A DNA stretch of 49,362 nt from an uncultured Bacilli bacterium (GCA_944355255.1 CALVQD010000041.1:1-49362), one strand, 5' to 3'; positions 17,781-28,026 are shown, numbered from the stretch's first letter. Made by a program: numbers and translations. Notes: a model not told the origin generated them from the sequence alone.

Positions 17781-18056
17781 TATTGTTTTGCATATTGCAT
17801 CTTTTTTATTATTTGTATTTCCAAATGACTTCTCATCTCGTAGATAATTTGCTATACTAATAGTAACAGAAAATAGGTGAGGGTATGAAGCACGATTTAT
17901 TTATGTACAAAGAGTTACCGTAAAATGGGTATTTAGGTAATTGTTTTGTTGTATTTCAAGATCGCTGCTTTCTGTGACTTAAAAGAGGTAAATATCATAT
18001 TCGCAGTCCAATGAATATATTGGTTGTAATAGAATATGGTAAAGGAGTATAGGAGT

Positions 18057-19352
18057 ATGAAAAAAATTCTTGGTATAATTTGTCTTTTGTGTTTGGCAGG
18101 ACTGGGAATTGGTGCTGGTTTTTGGTATGCAAGTGAAGTGGATCGGGAAGAAAAAATAGAATTAGAACAAAAGATGATGAGTCGTGCTGAAAAAATGTTA
18201 AATCAGTTATATGTGGATGATCAACAAACGAAACCGAGATTGGATATCACAAAAAAAGAATTAGAGAGTTTAAAAAAACAAATTCAAGCGATGAGTTCTG
18301 GATCAGAAAAGGAAAAATTAGAGAAACAATATCAAAAAATTCAAACGTTTTACGATTTACAACAAGAACTTAATCATTTTTTTGAAAATCAAGTGATAAA
18401 AGAAGAAATCACAAAAGACAACTTATTAGCATTTCAGGAAAAACTTTCTAAACTTGCACCAACATGGCAAGAATTGCTACAAGAATCATTTCAATTCGGA
18501 ATGCAACAATTATCTCAAACAGAGACAGCAATTTCTAAGTTAAAAAGTTTATTTCAAGACGAACAGTTAATGACTGTGCGTTCGGATGTGACAAGGAATG
18601 AGTATCAAGATGTATATCAATTTATGAAAAATATACCACAAACATGGGTTATCGGGAAATATGAAGAAAAGTTTCAGTTAGTGAATGAGGCAATTACTAA
18701 AAAAGAAGAAGAACAAAAAAGAAAGGCAGCTGAGGAACGAGAACGTCAAAGACAAATTGCCTTAGAGAAGAAAAGAAAAGAGGAAGAAGAACGTCGTAAG
18801 ATTGAGGAAGCTTATATTGAAGTCACCGGAATTCCTTTTATTAATCAAAAAGTGAATCAAGTTTATAATGGATGTGAGGCGGCTTCATTATTAATGGCTT
18901 TACAGTATAAAGGACTTGCTACAGAGCATAATTTGCACTCTTTTGCAACTGCAATGCCAAAACATGATACAGATCCACATCAAGGATTTATTCATTCTAT
19001 TTTTGATTTGGAACCAAAAAATGTGACGCATTGGATCGCACCTGATGCATTAACTAGATTTGGATTAGATTATGGAAGTGTACAAGATATTTCAGGGAAT
19101 GGAGTAGACACTTTAAAGAATTATATTCGTCAAGGAAAACCAGTGGTTGTATATGTTACATCTAATTTTAATTACCCAACATCATGGGATGGAGAAGTTC
19201 CTTTAAATTTACATGTTGTGTTATTAACTGGATATAATTCCATTACTGGAAATTATATTGTATTAGATCCATGGAGTGGAAGAAAAATTATTTTAAAACA
19301 AAAGTTTGAATCAATTTATAATTTAATGAAATATGCAGTAGTCGTTTTATAA
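18057..19352 (+). CDS. Membrane-anchored coiled-coil protein with C-terminal C39-like (papain-fold) peptidase domain
   Basis: N-terminal TM helix (ILGIICLLCLAGLGIGAGFWY), a long E/K/Q-rich helical region, then NGCEAASLLMALQYKG...HVVLLTGYN...DPW, typical of Peptidase_C39_2/YvpB-like domains. ATG 18057 follows an AGGAG SD. Confidence 0.7.
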   Translation: MKKILGIICLLCLAGLGIGAGFWYASEVDREEKIELEQKMMSRAEKMLNQLYVDDQQTKPRLDITKKELESLKKQIQAMSSGSEKEKLEKQYQKIQTFYDLQQELNHFFENQVIKEEITKDNLLAFQEKLSKLAPTWQELLQESFQFGMQQLSQTETAISKLKSLFQDEQLMTVRSDVTRNEYQDVYQFMKNIPQTWVIGKYEEKFQLVNEAITKKEEEQKRKAAEERERQRQIALEKKRKEEEERRKIEEAYIEVTGIPFINQKVNQVYNGCEAASLLMALQYKGLATEHNLHSFATAMPKHDTDPHQGFIHSIFDLEPKNVTHWIAPDALTRFGLDYGSVQDISGNGVDTLKNYIRQGKPVVVYVTSNFNYPTSWDGEVPLNLHVVLLTGYNSITGNYIVLDPWSGRKIILKQKFESIYNLMKYAVVVL

Positions 19353-19411
19353 CGACTACTTTTTTAAATGAAAAACAGGAATTTTGTGGTAAAATGAAAA
19401 TGGTGATATAA

Positions 19412-21223
19412 ATGGCAAAGATTCATATTATGGATGAAATTTTAGCCAATAAAATTGCAGCAGGAGAAGTGGTAGAACGTTGTAGTTCTGTTGTAAAAGA
19501 ATTGGTAGAAAATAGTATTGATGCAGAAGCAACAGAAATTAAAATAGAATTAAAAGATGCTGGTACAAAAGAAATAAAAGTAACAGATAATGGAACGGGA
19601 ATGGATAAAGAAGATGCGGTGAATGCTTTTGGACGCCATGCGACGAGTAAATTGACATCAGAAGATGATTTATATCGAATTGAAACATTAGGCTTTCGTG
19701 GAGAAGCACTTCCATCTATCGCATCCGTTAGTGAAGTAACCCTTACGACCTCTACTGGAGATGTAGGTACAATTGTAAAAATAAGTGGTGGAAAATTGAT
19801 CTCAGTGGAACGCGGAGATGCAAGAAAAGGAACTATTTTTCAAGTAAACAATCTATTTTATAATACACCAGCACGTTTAAAACATTTAAAAAGTTTATAT
19901 GCTGAATTAGGTAGTATTACAGATTATGTCAATAAAATCGCACTATCTCATCCAGATATTAAATTTCGACTTAGCAATAATGACAATGAGATATTAAACA
20001 CAGATGGAACAAATCATTTATTAAAGACAATTAAAGCTGTATATGGGTTAAGTGTTGCTCGTAAAATGATTGAAGTAAGTGCAAGTGATGAAGATTATAC
20101 GATCTATGGATATATTTCTATGCCAGAAGTACATCGTTCTTCTAGAAATCATATGGTAACGATTGTCAATGGTCGTGTTGTTAGAAATCAAGAATTAAAT
20201 CGTGTGATTAACGATGCTTATCATTCATTCAAACCAGATACGAGATATCCAATTGTCGTATTAGAAATACATGTTGATTCTAGCTTAGTAGATGTGAATA
20301 TACATCCAACAAAAATGGATATTAAATTTAGTAAACTAGAAGAATTAAAAGAATTAATTACTAATATGATTCATGAACAGTTACATCACAAAAACTTGAT
20401 TCCAAATGCTGAAGTAGAAATGAATCCAAAAGAGGAAATACCACGTCCTAAGTATGTAGAGCAGACGTTAACATTAGAAAAAGAAATCTCTGAACCAACA
20501 GAACCAATCATCACTTTTGAAGAAGATATTCCAATCAATTCTGATTTTATAGAAGAAGTAGATGAAGAAACAATTTTAGTAGAATCACAAAAAGAAAATA
20601 ATCAAGAAATAGAAATGAAGAAAAGAATGCCAGAGATGTATCCTGTAGGAATCGTTCATGGAACTTATATTATTTGTCAAAATGAAGAAGGAATGTTTTT
20701 AATTGATCAACATGCTGCAAAAGAAAGAGTCAATTATGAATATTATATGAAAAAAATGGGGAATCCTAATATTGCATCAACACCACTTTTATTTCCAATT
20801 ACGATTGAACTTTCTAGTTCTGAATTTATTTTAATAAAAGAAAAATTAGATATTTTAAGAGAATTAAAATTTGTTGTAGAAGAATTTGGTTATCAATCAC
20901 TATTAATTAAAGAACATCCAGCATGGTTACCAAAAGATTATGTAGAAGAAAGTATTCGTAAAATAATTGAAATTATGATTCAAGAAGGAAAACATTTTTC
21001 AATTGAAAAGTTTAACGAAAAAGTAGCAACTATGATGAGTTGTAAACACGCTATCAAAGCCAATCAATATGTTGATATGAAGGAAATAGAACAGTTAATT
21101 TACGATTTAAGAAATTGTGATAATCCATTTAATTGTCCTCATGGAAGGCCAACAACTGTATTTTTTACGAATTATGATTTAGAAAAGTTATTTAAACGAA
21201 GTGGATTTGAAAACTTAAAATAA
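19412..21223 (+). CDS. mutL: DNA mismatch repair protein MutL
   Basis: GHKL ATPase motifs (IAAGEVVERCSSVVKELVENSIDA, DNGTGM, LGFRGEAL) and a C-terminal endonuclease-type region (DQHAAKER...CPHGRPT). Confidence 0.95.
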   Translation: MAKIHIMDEILANKIAAGEVVERCSSVVKELVENSIDAEATEIKIELKDAGTKEIKVTDNGTGMDKEDAVNAFGRHATSKLTSEDDLYRIETLGFRGEALPSIASVSEVTLTTSTGDVGTIVKISGGKLISVERGDARKGTIFQVNNLFYNTPARLKHLKSLYAELGSITDYVNKIALSHPDIKFRLSNNDNEILNTDGTNHLLKTIKAVYGLSVARKMIEVSASDEDYTIYGYISMPEVHRSSRNHMVTIVNGRVVRNQELNRVINDAYHSFKPDTRYPIVVLEIHVDSSLVDVNIHPTKMDIKFSKLEELKELITNMIHEQLHHKNLIPNAEVEMNPKEEIPRPKYVEQTLTLEKEISEPTEPIITFEEDIPINSDFIEEVDEETILVESQKENNQEIEMKKRMPEMYPVGIVHGTYIICQNEEGMFLIDQHAAKERVNYEYYMKKMGNPNIASTPLLFPITIELSSSEFILIKEKLDILRELKFVVEEFGYQSLLIKEHPAWLPKDYVEESIRKIIEIMIQEGKHFSIEKFNEKVATMMSCKHAIKANQYVDMKEIEQLIYDLRNCDNPFNCPHGRPTTVFFTNYDLEKLFKRSGFENLK

Positions 21224-21237
21224 AGAGGAGGGATTAT

Positions 21238-22083
21238 ATGAATTTAAATACTACAACTACATTTGCCCATGATAATGAATTTCAATTATCTATTACGATT
21301 GCAACTCCAATGGGAAATCCACGAGGTATTATTTTATTTATTCCAGGGATTTATGAAACCCAAGATATGTTTACCTCTGTTTATGAATATTTCACAAAAG
21401 AACAATTTATCTGTGCTAGTTATGATCATAGAGGGACAGGAAAAAGTGTACGTATTGAATCGGAAGCAGGTTATTTAGGAAAAGATGGAGCAAATGGACT
21501 TGTGCAAGATATTCACATAGTAATAGAGGCCATTTCTAGGTTACATTCGGGATTATCATTTTTTGTTGTAACACATGACTATAGTAGTTTAATGGCTGTT
21601 AATTTTCTAAAGGAATATGATGGTCATATCCGCGCTTGTGCTATGATTAATCCAATTGCACTATTTAATGGTCTAAAACGACAAAGATTCATCGATAAAT
21701 ATTTATCGATGGTAACACCAACTTTTTTTAAAAATATATTTCTGAATCAATGTTTTTATAAAAAAGTAGAAAAGAAAAGTAATTCTCAATTTCCATTTTT
21801 ATATACGACAAAAGGATTATACCATCTATGTGAGGTTGGATATATGATTCATCATCAAGGAACGTATTATTTAAAGAGACGAAATTTACCTATCTTCATT
21901 GGTGTTGGTTTAAAAGATATCACAAGAGGATATGGAAACGAAATGAAAAGTTTACTTATGAGTCTTAGTTATCAAAACATCGATTACCGTACTTATCCAG
22001 AAGGAACTCATAATTTATTTCAAGATGATGAGAAAGATCAACTACTACATGATTTATTATTATTTTTTACATTGAGCTTATAG
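21238..22083 (+). CDS. Alpha/beta hydrolase fold protein (lysophospholipase-like) with atypical nucleophile elbow
   Basis: Fold pattern GIILFIPGIYE...YDHRGTGKS...and a C-terminal GTHNL His motif. The nucleophile elbow reads THDYS instead of GHSxG. Confidence 0.7.
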   Translation: MNLNTTTTFAHDNEFQLSITIATPMGNPRGIILFIPGIYETQDMFTSVYEYFTKEQFICASYDHRGTGKSVRIESEAGYLGKDGANGLVQDIHIVIEAISRLHSGLSFFVVTHDYSSLMAVNFLKEYDGHIRACAMINPIALFNGLKRQRFIDKYLSMVTPTFFKNIFLNQCFYKKVEKKSNSQFPFLYTTKGLYHLCEVGYMIHHQGTYYLKRRNLPIFIGVGLKDITRGYGNEMKSLLMSLSYQNIDYRTYPEGTHNLFQDDEKDQLLHDLLLFFTLSL

Positions 22084-22166
22084 AAAACTGATTTATCAGT
22101 TTTTTCTTTACAATTTTTATTTTTTTCTATATAATAAGCAAAAAAACAGGGGAATGAGGTGTCAAA

Positions 22167-23480
22167 ATGAAAACAGAACGTTTTCAATCAGGAAAAGAAG
22201 AAATAAAAGATCTATATATAAAGTATCGTGATCATTTCAGCCCGGCTAAACAAGTTGTGATGGATGCGATTATATCTTCTAATAGTTGGGAGGAAGTATA
22301 TCAAAAAGTAGGAAATGATATTAAGAAAAATACTATTTGGACTTACTATGAGAAAGTAAAAATAGAATTAAAATCAGGAAGTCCTTTATTAGAGCAAAAA
22401 AGGAATAATGATCAGTATATTAATTTGAATGATCAACAATTATTAGATTTATATTATGTATATGAACCTTATATTCCACTTCCTGATCAAAAGAAATTTA
22501 TCGAAATACTAGAACAAAAAGATAGAAAAAGCTGTAATGGATATTCTTGTTATTTAAATGTTGTAAATTTTTTAAAAAAATGTGATATCGCAACTCGTAA
22601 TGGACAGCCTTTACCAAGCTATACAAAGAAAAGACAAACTGTTTTGAAAAAAGAAGCAGTGATTCATGCTTTAGATTCTGTTTTACCAAACACCATTGAG
22701 AAGTTACTGAAAAAATATTCTAGTATTCCGCACCAAGCAAGACAATTTCTAATTTTATATTATGGAATTGGTTGTCATAGACATACAATTTCAGAAATTC
22801 AAAAGAAATATCCAAGTTTTAGTGAGCATACAATTTTACAACAGATTTATTATTCTTTAAAACGTCTTAAAAAATTAGAAAAAGAACAGCAATCACAATT
22901 ATCAGAATTAGAACGTCATGTTCAACAAGTAAAAGAAAAATTTTCTTTTAATCAATATGTACTTACTCCACCTGAAAGAAGAATTGTAGATGAATACTAC
23001 GGGATTACGAAACCGAAAAAGACAATAGCAAAACTAGCCCAAGAACAACATCTTTCTATTTCAAAAACCAAAGAGTTATTACAGCATGGAACTTATTTAG
23101 TTGTTCATTCTGATGCTTTATCAGAAGGACCAATTGCTGATTCTTTTACAGCTTTAAGAGATGATCAGGAAGAAGTAAAAGAAAGCGATTTACGTCCATT
23201 ACGCTTAATAGTACAACAAATATTAGATGAAAACGGAAAAGAAATATCTGCGTCACAGTATACTGTTTTAAATCTATTTTACGGATTTCAAACTACAAAA
23301 GTAATGTCTATTTCAGAGATTTCTGAATATTATCAAGTTCCTATTCAAGATATGTATCTTTATATTAAAGAGACAATACGTTATTTATTGAATTTTATTT
23401 CGAAAGAACAAGTAGTTGAAAATTCTGAAAATTCAAAAACAGATAAACAAATTCGTCTTAGAACACAACCGAATCAGTAG
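22167..23480 (+). CDS. Protein with tandem sigma-70 region-4-like HTH repeats
   Basis: At least three repeats of the pattern (Q/E)xxhhxLYYGhxxxxxxhxEIxxxxxhSxxxhxxhhxxxhxxL. Examples are QARQFLILYYGIGCHRHTISEIQKKY, ERRIVDEYYGITKPKKTIAKLAQEQHLSISKTKELL and QYTVLNLFYGFQTTKVMSISEISEYYQVPIQDM. No sigma region 2. Confidence 0.55.
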   Translation: MKTERFQSGKEEIKDLYIKYRDHFSPAKQVVMDAIISSNSWEEVYQKVGNDIKKNTIWTYYEKVKIELKSGSPLLEQKRNNDQYINLNDQQLLDLYYVYEPYIPLPDQKKFIEILEQKDRKSCNGYSCYLNVVNFLKKCDIATRNGQPLPSYTKKRQTVLKKEAVIHALDSVLPNTIEKLLKKYSSIPHQARQFLILYYGIGCHRHTISEIQKKYPSFSEHTILQQIYYSLKRLKKLEKEQQSQLSELERHVQQVKEKFSFNQYVLTPPERRIVDEYYGITKPKKTIAKLAQEQHLSISKTKELLQHGTYLVVHSDALSEGPIADSFTALRDDQEEVKESDLRPLRLIVQQILDENGKEISASQYTVLNLFYGFQTTKVMSISEISEYYQVPIQDMYLYIKETIRYLLNFISKEQVVENSENSKTDKQIRLRTQPNQ

Positions 23481-23611
23481 GTTGTGTTTTTACGATGTTC
23501 GAAAATGAAAAGGAATGAAAGGATATAGGAACAGAAATGAATGATGGAGTAGAGATATCTATATACTATACTTTTCTTTAAAATATTGTAAAAATATGCC
23601 TTTTTTCATAA

Positions 23612-23640
23612 TTTACATTTTATCTTTTACATAGTATAAT
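23612..23640 (+). promoter_or_regulatory. Sigma-A type promoter for proS
   Basis: TTTACA (23612-23617), 17 nt spacer, TATAAT (23635-23640). No T-box element seen in this leader. Confidence 0.55.
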
Positions 23641-23664
23641 ATTGGTTATGAGGGAGCGTTTTAT

Positions 23665-25356
23665 ATGAGATTAAGTAATCAGTTTTTTTATACATTAAGA
23701 GAAGATGCGAAAGACGAAGAAACAAGAAGTGGAAATTACTTTGTCCGTAGTGGAATGATTAAAAAAGTAGGAACTGGTATTTACCTATTTATGCCACTTG
23801 GACTTAGAGTATTAAAAAAGATTGAAAACATTGTTCGTGAGGAGATGAATAAGGCTGGGGCACAAGAATTATTGATGCCATCTTTAATTCCGGAAGATTA
23901 CTATGTACAAAGTGGTAGAAAAGATGTATTTGGACATGATATGTTTTCTTTAAAAGATCGTTATAATCGTGGCTATGTATTAGGTCCTACTCATGAAGAA
24001 TTATTCGTTTATGCTGCTAAGGAAATGATTCATTCTTATAAAGATATGCCATTTAATATTTATCAAATTGCTAATAAATATCGCGATGAACCAAGACCAC
24101 GTTTTGGACTTATACGTACTCGTGAATTTATGATGAAAGATGCATATAGTTTTGATGTAGATGACGAGGCTTGTGATAAGTCTTATCAAAAGATGTTTCA
24201 CGCTTATCAAAATATTATGGATCGTGTTGGTTTAAATTATAAGATTGTAAAAGCCGGAACTGGTGCGATGGGGGGAAATCTATCAGAAGAGTTTCAAGCA
24301 GTTGTAGATATTGGAGAGGATACTCTTGTACTGTGTTCTAATTGTGATTATGCATCGAATCTAGAGGTAAGTACATGTATTGTCGATGAGACAGAAAGCT
24401 ATGAAGAGGAAAAAGAATTAGAATTAGTTCATACTCCTAATGCTGGAACAATTGCGGAAATCGCATCTTTCTTACAGGAAGATAAAAGCCGTTTTGTAAA
24501 GACATTAATTTATAAAATAGATGGTAAATTTTATGCTTGTTTAATTCCTGGAGATCGTGATTTAAATGAAGAGAAACTAAAAAAATTATTAAATGCGAAG
24601 GAAGCTGTTTTAGCACTACCAGAAGAGGTGGAAAGAGTTACTAAAGCAAGTGTGGGCTTTGCTGGACCTATTTCTCTTTCTATTCCAATTATCATGGATC
24701 GTCATGTTCAAATGATGAAGAATTTTATCGTAGGAGCAAATCAGACGGATTATCACTATAAAAATGTCAATTTAAAAGATTTTAAAGTAAAGAAAATTGG
24801 TGATATCATTCATGTAAAAGAAGGCGATTTATGTCCAAATTGTGGTGCGAAACTAACATTTAAAAAAGGAATTGAATGTGGAAATACTTTTAAGTTAGGT
24901 ACAAAATATTCAGAGAGTCTAGGATTAAATTACTTGGATCATGAGAATAAATTGAAACCAGTTGTTATGGGATGTTATGGAATTGGTTTAGCCCGTATTA
25001 TGACTTCTGTCGCAGAACAGAGAGCTGATGATATGGGAATCGCATGGCCAGTGCAAATTGCTCCATTTGAAATTGCTCTTGTTGTCATTAATCCAAAAGA
25101 TGATGTTCAAAAAACGATTGCAGATAAACTATATCAATCTATTGAGAGTATGGGATTTGAAGTCATTTATGACGATCGTAATGAAAGACCAGGTGTAAAA
25201 TTTAAAGATATGGAGTTAATTGGAATCCCAGTTCAAATTACAGTTGGAAAGAAAGCTAGTGAAGGAACGATTGAAATCAAGCATCGTGGGGGAGAAAAAG
25301 AAGAAATTACGATTGACTTATTAAATGAGAAAGTAATTGAATATTTGAATCAATAA
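23665..25356 (+). CDS. proS: Prolyl-tRNA synthetase, bacterial type with INS editing domain
   Basis: Class II motifs (YQIANKYRDEPRPRFGLIRTREFMMKDAYSF, GCYGIGLARI), an internal editing insertion and a C-terminal anticodon-binding domain. Confidence 0.95.
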   Translation: MRLSNQFFYTLREDAKDEETRSGNYFVRSGMIKKVGTGIYLFMPLGLRVLKKIENIVREEMNKAGAQELLMPSLIPEDYYVQSGRKDVFGHDMFSLKDRYNRGYVLGPTHEELFVYAAKEMIHSYKDMPFNIYQIANKYRDEPRPRFGLIRTREFMMKDAYSFDVDDEACDKSYQKMFHAYQNIMDRVGLNYKIVKAGTGAMGGNLSEEFQAVVDIGEDTLVLCSNCDYASNLEVSTCIVDETESYEEEKELELVHTPNAGTIAEIASFLQEDKSRFVKTLIYKIDGKFYACLIPGDRDLNEEKLKKLLNAKEAVLALPEEVERVTKASVGFAGPISLSIPIIMDRHVQMMKNFIVGANQTDYHYKNVNLKDFKVKKIGDIIHVKEGDLCPNCGAKLTFKKGIECGNTFKLGTKYSESLGLNYLDHENKLKPVVMGCYGIGLARIMTSVAEQRADDMGIAWPVQIAPFEIALVVINPKDDVQKTIADKLYQSIESMGFEVIYDDRNERPGVKFKDMELIGIPVQITVGKKASEGTIEIKHRGGEKEEITIDLLNEKVIEYLNQ

Positions 25357-25445
25357 AAGAATCAATTAAATTTGATTCTTTTTTAATTTTCTAAAATATG
25401 ACAAAAAAACAAATGATCATATGACATAATGAAGATGGTGATATT

Positions 25446-25901
25446 ATGAAAAAAGCATATTTGATACCTATCTTTTTATCGATTGCGATTGGTTTTGTGA
25501 TTGGCAAGACAATGTGTGATGAGTATCATACGACGAGTGAGACAACAAGTGTGTTTCAAACGACGAGTTCTTTAAAAGTATACTATTTACAATATGGTGT
25601 ATATTCTAGCCAAGAAAATATGGAAAAAAGTGTAATTAGTTTGCCATATTATATTTATCGATTAGAAGAAAATCAGTATCATGTTTATATTGGACTGACT
25701 GCCAAAGAAGAAAATGTTACAAAGTTGCAGGAATATTTTACTTCTTTAGGGTATGTTACTTATAAGAAGGAAGGTTATATTCGAAATCAAGAATATATCG
25801 AGAAGTTAAATACATTGGATGAAATGTTGACGAAAGTAAGTGATCAAGAAACGATCAATGATATTAATGAGAAGATACTTGAAAATTATAAGGAGGATTG
25901 A
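25446..25901 (+). CDS. Membrane-anchored SPOR-like domain protein
   Basis: N-terminal TM helix. The C-terminal YYLQYGVYSSQENMEKS...YHVYIGLTAKEENVTKLQEYFTSLGY resembles a SPOR repeat. Confidence 0.55.
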   Translation: MKKAYLIPIFLSIAIGFVIGKTMCDEYHTTSETTSVFQTTSSLKVYYLQYGVYSSQENMEKSVISLPYYIYRLEENQYHVYIGLTAKEENVTKLQEYFTSLGYVTYKKEGYIRNQEYIEKLNTLDEMLTKVSDQETINDINEKILENYKED

Positions 25902-25903
25902 GA

Positions 25904-26590
25904 TTGAATTTAAAAATTAAAGAGATGCCGAAGGAAGAAAGACCACGAGAGCGTTTAATGTGTTATGGTGTTGAAAAATTATCAAATGAAGAGCTGTTGG
26001 CAATTTTACTCAAAACTGGGACAAAAGAGATGAGTGCGAAAGTACTTGCTTCATATATATTAAGAGAAATCGATGGAGTATCCGGATTTCAGCATTGTTC
26101 CTATCAGACGTTATCTCGTATGAAAGGGGTTGGCAATGCGAAAGCATGTACGATTTTCGCAGCAATTGAATTAGGAAAGAGAGTGTTACAAAAAGCTCCT
26201 ATTTTGTTTCAGAAGTTTGAAGATGCATATCAAGTAGCGTCTTATTATTGGGATAAATTGGGAAATTTAAAACAAGAGTATTTTATTTGTGTTTATTTAG
26301 ATGTAACAAAAAAATTAATTCACGAAAAAGTGTTATTTATTGGAACATTAAATCGTAGTTTAGTACATCCTAGAGAAGTATTTAAAGAAGCTTATCGAGT
26401 GAGTGCTAGTTCTATCATCTGTATTCATAATCATCCGAGTGGAGAAGTACTACCGAGTAAAGAAGATATTGTGTTTACTGCACAGCTTGTTAAAGTAGGA
26501 AAAATGCTTGGAATTGAAGTGATTGACCATATTATTATTGGAAATGAGAAATACTATAGTTTTTTTGAAAATAACCGGATAACACTTTAA
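25904..26590 (+). CDS. radC: RadC-like JAB/MPN domain protein (UPF0758)
   Basis: N-terminal ERPRERL...LSNEELLAILLKTG, an HhH region GVGNAKA and the JAMM motif HNHPSGEVLPSKEDI. TTG 25904 is spaced 7 nt from the AGGAGG SD; the track TTG 25898 is too close. Confidence 0.9.
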   Translation: MNLKIKEMPKEERPRERLMCYGVEKLSNEELLAILLKTGTKEMSAKVLASYILREIDGVSGFQHCSYQTLSRMKGVGNAKACTIFAAIELGKRVLQKAPILFQKFEDAYQVASYYWDKLGNLKQEYFICVYLDVTKKLIHEKVLFIGTLNRSLVHPREVFKEAYRVSASSIICIHNHPSGEVLPSKEDIVFTAQLVKVGKMLGIEVIDHIIIGNEKYYSFFENNRITL

Positions 26591-26630
26591 AAATTTATTG
26601 TTTTATATTATAATGTGTAAGGGTGATTCT

Positions 26631-27476
26631 ATGTACGAAAAAAAGAAAATAAATAAAAAATATATCATTTTGATTGCTGTATTCGTAGTAGCTTTTGTAC
26701 TAGGAATCACAAATGCGATTATTATGAACAAGGAAAATTTAAGTCCATTTGAAAAGTCAATTAAAGATGCGACACTGGCTGTTTCTAAAATTATTTATAA
26801 ACCAGTTGAATTTTTTAAAAATAAAATAGAAGAATATCAAGATAAGCAAAATTTATACGAAAAATATCAAGAGTTAGAAAAGAAAGTAAAAGAGACAGAT
26901 TTAATTCAAAGTGAAAAAGAAGAATTAGAACGCGAAGTTGAGAATTTAAAAAAGACACTAGAATTAAATCATACATTATCAGAAAGTAGTTATTTGAATG
27001 CAACTGTTGTGAATCGTAATCTTGGATATTGGTATAATACAATTACGATTGATAAAGGAAGTTACAATGGAGTAGAGAAAGATATGCCAGTAATTGTCAG
27101 CGAGGGATTGATTGGAAAAGTGACCAAAGTAACAAACTTTAATAGTACTGTGAAATTAATTACAAGTGATGATGTGAATAATAAGACATCTGTAAAAATT
27201 AAGGTTGGAGAAAAGTTTGTATATGGATTATTATCTGGTTATGACCAACAGAAGAAGACATTTATTGTGGAAGGTATTAGCGATAATACAGAAATCCCAG
27301 AGGGTTCTTTAGTAACGACAACTGGAATGGGGGACTCTTTCCCAAGTGGGACTGTTGTAGGAAAAGTAAAACAGGTAACAACCGATAATTTTGACTTAGC
27401 AAAAACAGTGGAAGTGACAAGTAGTGTTGATTATGATGATTTAAGTTTTGTCACTATTTTAAAAAGGGCGGCATAA
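26631..27476 (+). CDS. mreC: Rod shape-determining protein MreC
   Basis: N-terminal TM helix, a coiled-coil (LEKKVKETDLIQSEKEELEREVENLKK), then MreC beta domains (IDKGSYNGVEKDMPVI..GLIGKV, TTGMGDSFPSGTVVGKV). ATG 26631 follows a GGGTGA SD. Confidence 0.9.
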   Translation: MYEKKKINKKYIILIAVFVVAFVLGITNAIIMNKENLSPFEKSIKDATLAVSKIIYKPVEFFKNKIEEYQDKQNLYEKYQELEKKVKETDLIQSEKEELEREVENLKKTLELNHTLSESSYLNATVVNRNLGYWYNTITIDKGSYNGVEKDMPVIVSEGLIGKVTKVTNFNSTVKLITSDDVNNKTSVKIKVGEKFVYGLLSGYDQQKKTFIVEGISDNTEIPEGSLVTTTGMGDSFPSGTVVGKVKQVTTDNFDLAKTVEVTSSVDYDDLSFVTILKRAA

Positions 27477-27479
27477 TAG

Positions 27480-27980
27480 ATGCAACTAGCGATTATTGTT
27501 ACAGTCATTTCTTTCTTTTTAGAAAGTATTGTCAGTAATTTTGTTTCAATCAATAGCGATTTGTTTCTTCCACTTTTTACAATTGTTTCTTTAGTCATTA
27601 TTTATCCATATTTAAAAAAAGAACGTGCGAATTATTATAAGATTGCTGCAGTATTAGGACTTTTTTATGATATTGTGTATACAGATACATTGATTTTAAA
27701 TTTGTTTTTGTTTGTTATGACAGCATATTTTATTACTAAGATGAATTATATTTTATCAAATAATTATTTTAATGTTGCTTTAATGACAGTATTAGCAATT
27801 GCATTTTATCGTTCAATATCGTTTTTTGTGTTAGTAATTATTGGATATTTACCATTTTCTTGGTTTTCGTTATTTCGTGGAATTACGACAAGTTTACTTT
27901 TGAATGTGATTTATGTAGTTGTTTTATATGGGATTACAGACTTTTTCTCTCATAAGTATCATATTACAAAGATTGATTAG
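27480..27980 (+). CDS. mreD: Rod shape-determining protein MreD
   Basis: Polytopic small membrane protein immediately after mreC, of typical MreD size and hydrophobicity. Confidence 0.8.
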   Translation: MQLAIIVTVISFFLESIVSNFVSINSDLFLPLFTIVSLVIIYPYLKKERANYYKIAAVLGLFYDIVYTDTLILNLFLFVMTAYFITKMNYILSNNYFNVALMTVLAIAFYRSISFFVLVIIGYLPFSWFSLFRGITTSLLLNVIYVVVLYGITDFFSHKYHITKID

Positions 27981-28026
27981 ATGGAATGTTTCCATCTTTT
28001 TTTCATATATCTAATTAGGTGATAAG

